Of a DNA stretch of 64,000 nucleotides, positions 47,701 through 54,200 are shown piece by piece. The translations under genes were made by a program, and so were the position numbers. Numbering within the stretch: the first letter of the stretch is position 1; every line of letters starts with the position of its first letter. The DNA is from a virus, in the IMG/VR virus record IMGVR_UViG_3300032323_000670, positions 32,001 through 96,000 of that record. One strand, 5' to 3'. Below the pieces are notes generated by a model. That model was not told the origin of the DNA. It was given only the letters and a program-made list of their open reading frames with translations, and made no database searches.

Positions 47701-48238
47701 CTCTACCTGGTTTACTTTCATTACCTGTAGTACTTAAAGGATTGTATGGTAAGTCAGCACTTACTTTTTTATTAATTACTATGACAGGTAACGGACTAGG
47801 GTTTGGTTTAGGTTGTAGTCTTTCTCCCTCATCAACACTATTGATTTGTCCAGCTAAATCTTTAGCGCCTTTAGATCCTGATTGCTCAGCTATAAAGTTA
47901 GCTACATCCTGTAAAGAATTATTGAACCGGTCTAAAAGATTATCTACAGCAGCAACGTCATAACCCTTACCTTTAAGAGCAACCTTAACATCAGGGAATG
48001 ACATCATAGTCATCTGTAAAGCGGATGGTACTTGACGAGCAAAGGTGATAGCTTGCTGCGGATCACCTGTCTTCTTTTCAATTAAGTCATGGATATACTT
48101 TACAAACTTTTCTGTATTAAAAGTTTTAATCTTATCATCATTAGCTCTTTCAGTTACAATCTTAGCTACAATAAGATTTAAGTTATCAATGTCCTTGGAC
48201 TCAAGTGTCCATGTACCGTCTGCTATGTTACAAATCAT
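35747..48238 (-). CDS. Virion-encapsidated two-barrel RNA polymerase polyprotein, 4163 aa
   Basis: R-I-P...KSGGDFDIDKL catalytic motif (DFDID at 41483-41497), ADAQAWI, zincin YHEAWH (46094-46108), C-terminal accessory domains. Confidence 0.9.
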   Translation of the reverse strand: MICNIADGTWTLESKDIDNLNLIVAKIVTERANDDKIKTFNTEKFVKYIHDLIEKKTGDPQQAITFARQVPSALQMTMMSFPDVKVALKGKGYDVAAVDNLLDRFNNSLQDVANFIAEQSGSKGAKDLAGQINSVDEGERLQPKPNPSPLPVIVINKKVSADLPYNPLSTTGNESKPGREWYYGFIKKLGKIMTLTGRSNEGTVSFQGVPGGVRLSLVKGGISIDQLYPDMQSVKNIEDITSQQFHAVVTNKNGEYVYFDNGYNVTTKENGKLIYFPIRTVPSFKVNENGIREYNLEEQLGISVQTIADRLKKDSSLTKQKVINEYSMAYDAITNMKEYLDKNPGEILPLNITGYSEGTINYNSDAVTLLSNLKTNYSIEISRVGKKDTKLIRLSDGTAVRLAMAAYTPEMANTVADLLTGDVIGADGQPLSAQQKYVAIRDFTILGADGGISINTTTGQIYLEGETLNPKDPDVKSKIINFLTRNVTATNEDGKTETFKNQFSYNEPSYIIPNRTIDMFSLTPLGNGKFEYVSNPIPYKEWLVNNAYIKAEVDENGDVMMLNGYIKYDANIETLSKITPESEEVEETSNEEIEEMSKPKLSNLGMTFSEDARKAAIEATKARIDPSKLYSMRDDSVKATAKQVEDGDKWYNTTEITFRDSKGKQVTKKLSEVVPYQVLFKYANTNPKIKAQFTKSGITLFKGSDSTDLYHEAWHAFTQLFMTNEEREVLYNEVKKLNKTITYYNHGTAKWETMNSGDLDFSNMQHILYAEEYLADEFREYAKTQKTESSKFRSFFKKLWEALKALFGKADNNSLAVHLTESELLNSAFNELYTGDFVDRTYNQENVQFDVLYSGITLNIDEKGVRKTIDVDASLAISEAMGSYISDYVDMLSEGLAGEASSKYTLSTLYDPETKKIALRYAFNSFVANRDRLLNQLDNVTSSVEQQVIEKRLSYIQDAIDKFGDLENLNNNKEIGVIAYYNQRTGFLDTTESILNDEELSYVEGTSENAEDGDPVTNQLESNDGTKKTDYERVNPEMRFLMGSVHKRVEVTDENPDGYKYNIIGGIELADPRVIYNLVSAAVEGSNTIDDMYEKLSLASEKKTKGELDPNSLMLQQFLGKLGKPTDTSLGAHSLWVLLFHSVRYDRIQGMKMLVKKRDSSIEVVVGVADSAPAALGRDFANQFISYNPSPFKSYDAQGNVRISVKALKNKYAGKSIENINPIEFFGDLGIRLTNTEENIANLNESGIVDTILKFRLEDKQKGLFNSNVEYITRYSGQKREDSLVYNHEGNFKKLYEIESRVNPLYANYMSKTAEEKPKSERSNPSSAGNVILDLNNSDSLESATAQPHLAHFNPAINPAVKTSQIFQRMFGANLQGRMRYKGVRATLDLKSLEGTQLINLTAEIESMVKGIKSSDSDKQTAWLRDFFFTNMYGATEAYKHADKSSAYIAKLIGDPSINYYVRPELFAQARSGNNASLGRDAANAIILDYVGSELERIKKVKASKNNVYGEKASDIILYLKDGKYVTYEDAGSKFTVFDGILSNAVKNELINSNINTVEEFRSAIRSNADLKFRIETDLNNYFNNEISKDTETLRSYGLSERSGMLSEVKKKFDYNVEELQNGKKVSRRVYAEIDTIFPAAVENFVYTSFIHRVEMNTLVYGDPAIYNHNKDEHMKRVAAFFATGKIPVTGATTQSVIANNPGIYTSSAWFKNTGLPEPEKGALEGEVLSTAVLEDAFEDSIYFDTMVKYAAGVAVNKKQFQDEASAIKYYSKKYSEYKNMKSADAQAWISFDAYRALEMRFGNWGPVKQKLYEDIINGVEVDADRLAIFFPVKKLQYGGALSTSNFPVNAFHKYSVMPLIPSVIKDSHLEKLHNKMVSQGIAYAVMHSGSKLASLGKNGKLDLFYTERNGSAEPAYTKPGYTFTKNDIFLQYLKEQLATHDTWNNKQKFPTQARKLITSGVLEQGFPVDFKPNMSDEKRRKLWNSITDETEKENESPAYALEQRYQRAISKMIDVAKEDLKKELGYADGKINKQKLIEFIKTNLAKRDISLYDIDYIKLSSTGNILLPLDLANDPAKIEKLVNSLVNKRIIDQMIYGEAYIQGSGIGFEKFTKPTEKDLEKYGTNGLLFYRPLDKKGKVTDDPKKTVSIGSMQVKVALQGDFVKLLKLKDLDGKVIGTRERLNELIKYDEEWLNTGDHRKMLTMGGTRIPTASMNYIESMEVAEFLPAEAGNIIIVPSEIVAKSGGDFDIDKLIVIRPVISDNKGVIELTRPKATTKTFEEIVEEKKKIKDYIASIYDDYNEYIDEVRKQKLPFTPEQEEEFNAIKNKYRKPINTLRKELNAAYDKFIADPNASNASYQDVEDSFQSQIDKLTEEEATVKREFLKRAFGENFLNETLDRRNIELEEENKKLRELNRESNSFKPRAYQNDILDSWSDLLLRPANYVSLTTPNSTDIFTDDDTGIVKDFSPINRKEQVINSPTKIMQNRYNIDKAVAMSSGKTGISMLASGATFFPLYKSVGLAMQPVSTVYNSKGTSSWSIENVIRMDHNYYVEDDGTKVVSLSHTLDANNEYDIADVISQIMNGYLDVAKKDWVFDINAVKEFEGEVEFMVMGGVPIKTAVALASQPMVREYLQLVQSYNGVFPLAKGEISNPNFAKYQAMIDVLEKYRPDLAITIDKKGNIYSKPTGEVLSLAQEFLNDGNYFFTQEELMKQAKTDNTDSDYALATFLHFLEVQNMAKGNVELKRNLNFDTDKQQSLFEATQKEANLRELSDRFSTESINNLLNKTVLHNFIASDIMVDAVSALLPLRGVRNINSYLARVLSNQFMDKDVRERYQSDFVNNLTSYMFYNYHNTFDPAATTYKSADISKEVTIEKEPNLGFGAFYDIKTGKLAVDNYAIDNDYKTKAFAKEGYGLGLVANLPIDMFAGYPDTKARAIYRQFVYEREMLRDGMPYKSIEKNQEFRYFAQKRMTDLSAMAKEGEVVNYDLPQLYEEFIRNKALDNTFNVNALFKTDRQLGIFSIADRFDYILSQNEALAENYDVLKTLRSKSEQGYTFLTQKFREKDPDKLTAYTSQMMNLMDPSKVIAEREAEKEAIAAFFSKLPLIAFMQAGNDPNSRISMGSIFDQTRTGLPEMLEPALNTFINDLNSNVGTAILANYKELFEQKQASVDPDTGKYTPGAVFVNWSSSIGSLTGALRPSNVRGHSGGAAGADTKWDEIGQEFGPVKFNHYYTGTRSEKNAPKGNVDITELQVAVTGASKVAEAANKMWGNKMKVGKIVPYAYATMKDERLIRNWAQVYYSDAVFAIAPIGKVGDVWSEDVNKKKEEQRIVIKSEIVQGGTGYAVEMAIQAGKPVYVYNDPNAKAQSHLPKGWYTWDGSQFVAIETPTLTRNFAAIGSRGMSAEAEQAIRDVYKKTFGQSAQASAARKTYSGKVDSLQPNQIFVFGSNEGSSKGGKPTHGSGSAKLAKDRFGAIQGQSRGLQGQSYAIVTKKFYDVKKSSTPEEIIDEIKGLYEYAKQNSNKEFLVSDYSETNLNGYSGKEMADMFNAAGPIPSNIIFNEKFDKLVSPKPTVETSTQVDVSQQAVANIPQNKVSGINSFGSTVTANPEVIEALGPNAHSIDMIEAGFRTRTTRSEGEMGKYGIKVGDVVKHYGKSADGTTKTVYARVTSIHPKGSAGWKGTWTKEGWRDDDVSVIDRFKDGAAAIEFEVIQPTAQTPVKEGVTELFDSNPELSSIGTPQQYSQYIDSIFPDSKVKDIVYHGTSAQFDKFNDRDSLEGFGSGAIFLADLNYATEFAGTRSSESPIVLPVIINVKNPVVISNVKFNRRRLKPGFVPPSRTQDARDLLSYYKYNDGLIGVDYSDMENTTHVVRKSDQTHILGTKQDLEGFKNFVASQPTIAPVTTQAASFERVQTERLGETGGPFPGLIKNQPGVPTVVNTQTAEVMKPALIYDELKFVSNGTYALDTKAVQEIGAANPGKLFVFDDFFLTETGVSMDAVDKSQTRQAWMPGKAMGISLGIPTLAAPVSTAIPVTDQNYDKLKAQIDKALDRLLEKKGQGMEIVFPSRGLGQTFVGFDIQPTENVRTNNRPAPSLFVYLSKRLLQDFAYQNPTLSLLTSQTPGVTTTLGTESGSEFVQGYYKGIGAQTVTDTDVKEFFKKCKGLS

Positions 48239-51200
48239 TGTTTTTTACCTTTTTTACCTGTACAAAGTCCCTCTAAAAATTCATTAACTGTATCATCAAC
48301 CGATTGATTTTTGGTATTTTCCATGTTATCTTTCAAACGTTGAGATACTTCAGTAGGAGTAGATTTAACCTCATTATTAGCGGCATCAGATTGAGCTTTT
48401 ACATCTGGATCTGGAGTTACTGGTGTTACTTCTTTCGCCATAGGGGATATAATGTTAGGTATCTGCTTTGCAGTAAAGGTACTGATTTCTTTACTATTAA
48501 ACAAATCATCTTTGCTTTGAGTAGGTCCTCCATTTTCATTCAAGATAATTTTAGCTACCGTAATTCCATCTTCAGTTTTAGCTATTACCATTCCTGGGAA
48601 TCTGCTAACGGTCAGATTAACCTGAACAATATCTCCAACACTTATCTCATTTATCTCTAATACATCTTTTAACAGTTCCTTTCTTTTAGCTAGTGCCTCC
48701 CTTACTTGGTCTGCAGTTAGGTTCTGTTGTTGAAGTATAGGATCTAATAAACCACGTGATCTAAGACCTTTTAATTCTGTATTAATAGCTTCAAGTTCAG
48801 ATTTATTAGCAATGAAGATAGAATTCTTAAGATCCAGCATAGCGCTTGATACTTGAGGACCAGTTGTAGCCTTACCTTGAAGTATATCAAGTATACCTTT
48901 ACCGCTAGGTGTAGGTATTACTTTACTTCGGCCAATCCCAGCCACAGCATTTTTATAGTTATCCTTACCTGTCTCTGTATAGTCATCTATAAGATCCGTG
49001 GTATCACTAACAAATGCTATATCTACTTGGTTAGAAGATGCTGCTTCATTGTTATCAAAGACTACTGTAAGTCCTTGTTTAGCAAGTTCTCTAGCTTGAG
49101 CCATAGTTTTAGTCCAAACCAAGTTAGTCATAACATATCTTAGAGTTGAGCTTAGACCCACAGGAACTCGATTTCCTTTAGCTGTTCTAATTACACTTAT
49201 TGAATAGTTAAAAGCTTTAACTTTATCTGGAGTGAGTCCATTATCAATTACATTAACTATAGTTTCTGCTGCTGATGAAAACTCATCAGTAATATCTGAC
49301 TCAGCTAACTCTCTAAGTTTTTCTACTAGTTCATCACTAAACTCACCTGCTACCACTTTAGCATATATAACATTACCGTATACAACACCCGGCATGTCAA
49401 ATAACTTAGTGGTAGAATCTTTACTAGGACTAACATAAATAATCTTACCTTGAAGTTCAGGAGTAACTATAGACTTTGGAGCTTCTGTAGTAGTAGATGT
49501 TAGTTTAGTCAGATTCTTTTTCATGATCTGTCTACCGTCTTCTAGTAATACTTTATCTCCGCGGTCTTCTTTTATTACACCTTCACCGTCTTTAAGAGTA
49601 TTAACTTTAACTGTATCTCCTACATTAAGTGTAAGGTCTTCAAACTCCATCTGGGTTTGAGTACCTGTTTCACCTTGCTCAGTAGTTTCTTCAACAGGTT
49701 GAGTTTGAGTTTTAGATAGTGAACCGGGTCCATAAAAAGATTTAGCATCATATATTACATAAAAAGGATCCACCTTCTCAATACCAATTATATGATTTAT
49801 AACTTTAACACCCTTAACCTCAGGATTTGATTTTTGAAAATCATTAAATAGAGATATGATAGCAGGATTAACGTTTGCTTTGTCAGCACTATCATACTCT
49901 GCATTAGGGTCATTCTTTATGTAAGAACCATTAGCTGGATTGTTAAACTTATAACCCTTTGCTTTAAGTTCTTCATACAACTCTTTTTCAGACTTGTTAG
50001 CATCTATAACTATAAATTTAGACTCATCTATTTCACCTGCAATAGGCTCTCCGTATCTTTTAACAAGAAATGGTGTAGTAGTAGATGATGCATTTAAACC
50101 ATCTCCAAACTGACTGATCTGATCTTTACCTCTTTGGAAATTACCAAAATCAAAGTTTTGTGGAGCAACGCTTGTATGATGGTATACAGTAACTATATTA
50201 GGTGCTTGTGCTGCCTTAGGTTGAGTACCTAATAAAGGACTAATGAGTTTATCATACTTATCATAGATCTGCTTATATAATTGACTCTCGAGAGGTGATA
50301 ACTTACTCTTATCTAGTTTACCGTTTGCATCTTTATAGCTTTCTATATTAGGTATAGCATAAAGAAGCTCCGCCTGTTCTCTAGCTCTTAGATCAGCTAC
50401 TACTTGCTCATTAGTTTCTTCAGTAGGTTGTTCTTCTGTTGTTTCAGTACCTTCTAAAGCAGCCAGCTCCGCATCATACTTAGCATTGATAGCATCAGTT
50501 TTTTTACCTCCTCTGCTTTGTACTTCCTGTACTTCAGAGTACTCAAACTTATTAGGATTGATTACCTCATAAATCTTATCATTACTTAAATCTTTACTAT
50601 ACTCATTAGTGTAAGAACCTTTAGTATCAAGGTTGGTAACTTTAACTATCTTCTTATCTCCAGTGGTATGTATTTGAACTTCAAAAGTAGTTCCGTCATC
50701 TTCTGTGTATGTTCTTTTTTCCATTACCCCTAGCTCTTCTTGTCTTCTTCTTTCTATATCAGCTTTCTTAGTTTCTATTTCAGATTGAGCAGGTGTTTCT
50801 GTAACTGGTCCTGCGCCCGTTAGCTCGTTAAGTCTTTCTTCAGATATAGGATTCTCAGGGTATTCAATAATTATATTCTCTCTACCAGTAATGTCATAGA
50901 TATCTGTACTACCGGGACCTTTTACATACATAGTATATTTACCCTTTCCATCTATCTGGAACTTCACTGATGTGAATGTCTTACCAGTCTTAGTTACCTT
51001 AAGGGGAAAGATTACAATGTTTTTTACATCTATACCGAATACTTGTTTAAGTAACTCTCTATATGCGTTCTGTTGTGCCTCATCATCAGACTTATAGAAG
51101 TATACTTTAAACCCATATTTACCGTCTAGTTCTTGGAATTGAGGATTGTTTCTGAATTCTTTTAACTTTTCAAGTTGTTCAGGTGATACTCTTTTACCGT

Positions 51201-54200
51201 CTATTACTGTATCAATGTTATTTTCTGATTTGTTTATAGCATCTTTAACTTCAGGCCATTCTGCGCCAAACATATTCTCCAGTGCTTCTTCAGCTTTATA
51301 CTGCAGTCTTCTGTCTTGAGTAGATGTCTTTAAGTCAATGATAAATACCTCACCTAAACTGTTAAAAGCTAATACGTCAATACTACCAGCTACATTTACA
51401 GGTTTGCCATCAGTTCCTATTTTAGGACCTAATACTCCATATAGGGTAGGTATACGGGCATCAACTCTTAAACCAAGAGATTTGATTTGTCTTTGTACAG
51501 TTCTGAAACTATCAAAAAGCTCATTCAACATTGCATCAGAGAATATAGCTGACGGGTACTGTTGTCTAAGTGAGTTATATCTAGTTTTAAAATCAACTAT
51601 GTTAGTGATCTCATTACTTAAGTAATCTCTTAGAAGTTCATCAATTACAGTTCCTCTATCCGCTGCTCCTGGAGCAAAGTCACCTTTATCTTTAACTACA
51701 TTAGATACACGCTCATGTCTTGTACCAGGTATTTCATTACCGTATACATCAGCTTTAGCATACCAACTGTCTATGACTTTACCCTTGTCATCTTTAAGTT
51801 CAAATACTTTAAAACCAGCTTTCTCTAACTTTATCTTAAGATCTTTAATAGCATTTTCTACAACAGCTTCTGCTGGTAAAAACTCATCAAATTCTATTTC
51901 AACATCTCCACTCTTTCTTCTTAGAGTTATCTTCTTTTTACGTTTCTCTTTGATGATTTCTTCTACCTCAGCTTCCCCCATGTTATTCATCTCAGCTACG
52001 GTGTAACCAAGATCTGTTATAACTCTTTTTCTTTCTTCTTCAGTAAGAGCGGGTACAGCAGCTGCACCTTGTTTAGCTACAGTCTGTTTTACTTTCTCAG
52101 CTTGATACTTCTTTCTTATATCTGCTGCTAATGGAGAAGTTAGTTTCCATGACTCATAGTTCATACCTAGTCTTTCACTAGGATCTAGTTCACTTAGTGC
52201 TTGTTGGAAACCTTCTTTTAATAATTCTTCTAGTGCGGGTTCTTCTTCAGTTGTTACCTCTTCAGTCACCTCAGTCTCTTCAGCTGTAAGGTTTGGAGCT
52301 ACACCAGGTTGTGATAACTTATTTGTAATAACAATAACAGCTTCATCATAAACAGATGGTGCTCTTTTATTACCAAATAGTCTTCTGAGTAAAGTCTTTA
52401 TCTCATTTATAAATGTATCCCATAGAGTCTTAGACTCTTCAGTTTGTTCAGTAAGATTATCTGTAAAAGGAAGACTTTCTAACTTCTGTTGTAATAGAGG
52501 ACTCGTCATTACTTCTGCAACAAATCCTTCATTACTAGCTAATGCTAATGATAACAAAGTTTTTTCTACAGGATCTTTTGTATCTGCTTCCAGTTTAGCT
52601 CTAAGATTAGTTATAGCATTTGCAAATGCAGAGTCTGTTTGTAATGATTCTGATACAATCTTTTGCATCATAGCATTCATTATAGAAAACTCAATAGGTA
52701 CAACACCTATGTTATACCCTTCTGAACTAAATCTAGGATCTACAATGATACCGTTCTGGTCATCAAACGTACTATTAGTATGATGATCCATTTTAAATGT
52801 TACCTGTGTACCAACTGGTACCATTCCTGATAAAATCTGAGCTAGCTTCTTTAAATCTTTTTCTGCAAACTTGCTATTGATAACAGCTTGTAAAACTTGA
52901 CGAGCATCAACTTGTGTTGTTTGTGATGTAGGATCAAAACCAAACTCTTTACCTAGTTCATTTACAGTTCTTTTATCATCTTTCAGCTTATCCCTAAATG
53001 ACTGAAGATTACCTTCAACCTGTTTGATGTAACGCTTTCCAGTCTCTTCAAAGTAAGCTTCATCATACTCATCTACTAAGGCCATGATGCCTTTATACTC
53101 TTCACTACCAAGCTCTATCTTTTCTAAAGTATCAGCGCTATAAAATGTAACAGGTATCTCATTATCATCTAAGAAAGCTTGTGCTTCATCTGGATCTACA
53201 AAAGCATTAAATTTTTCAAATAGATCATTCAAAAAGTTATTAGTTAAATACTTCTTTTTGTATGTAGCTAATGACTCTTTTAACTTTTCTTTTCTTACTG
53301 CCATTGCAGCTTTCATTGCATTTGCCACACGCCCCTTCATTTGAGCAAATTGTTGTGGATTAGCAAAAGCATTTATAGCGTTAGCATATTCAGCTCTATC
53401 ACCAAATAATTTCCAGTAATCTCTATATGCCTGATATGTTTTTTCAATGTCTTTATCTAATACAACTTGACCATTCTGTTCAGCAAGTAACTTGATATGA
53501 TTAAAGAAGCTGTCTTTAAATAATGCTTCTGTTTCTTCAAGTACCTTAGAGTTTTCTGCAAAAGATTCTTCATTTTGAGAAACCTTTTGAGTAGTAAGAT
53601 ACTGACCTAAGTATAACCGAGAGAGTCCTGATAGAGACTCAAGGCTTTGTTTCTTTTTAGTAAGTTGTTCTTTTTTAGCAGCATTCTCAGGTCTATCACC
53701 TAATGCCTCAATCTCTTTAGTAAGCATCTCTACTTCAGCAAGCATGCCTGGTCTAAGAATAGGAGCTTCTGATGAAGGCATACCAATTGAGAACAAAGGT
53801 GCAAAGTCTGTTACATTAGCATTCTTGAAAGGTAATGAGTTTGTAAAATCATTATATATACTTTCCATACGTCCTGCTACAAACTTAAAGTGTATGTCAT
53901 TGCTGATCATTACACTTCTCATTTGTTCAAACGCTAAATAGTCTTCAGGTTCATCTTTTAAAGAATGCGGATTTATAGTATTCTCATACTCTTCATACAC
54001 ATCTCTAATCTCATTTGTTCTTGCTATAACTTTTTCAAGTCTTTCTTGAACGGTTCCTTTTTCTGCAGCGGGGTCTTCACCAAATGCTTCTTGTAATTCT
54101 TCTTTACTTAAATTTCTTAGACCTTTAAGCTGATCTTGGAATATATCAAATCTACCAGCATTCAATAACTGAATACTATGACTTACTAAAGATGCATCTC

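Noticed and set aside
48230-48264. Split-intein or programmed frameshift fusion of the giant proteins at the Cys junctions
   Set aside because: No Hint-domain motifs (no terminal His-Asn) were seen, and the ATGA overlaps are explained by ordinary translational coupling. The A-runs before the junctions mean low-level frameshifting cannot be fully excluded.
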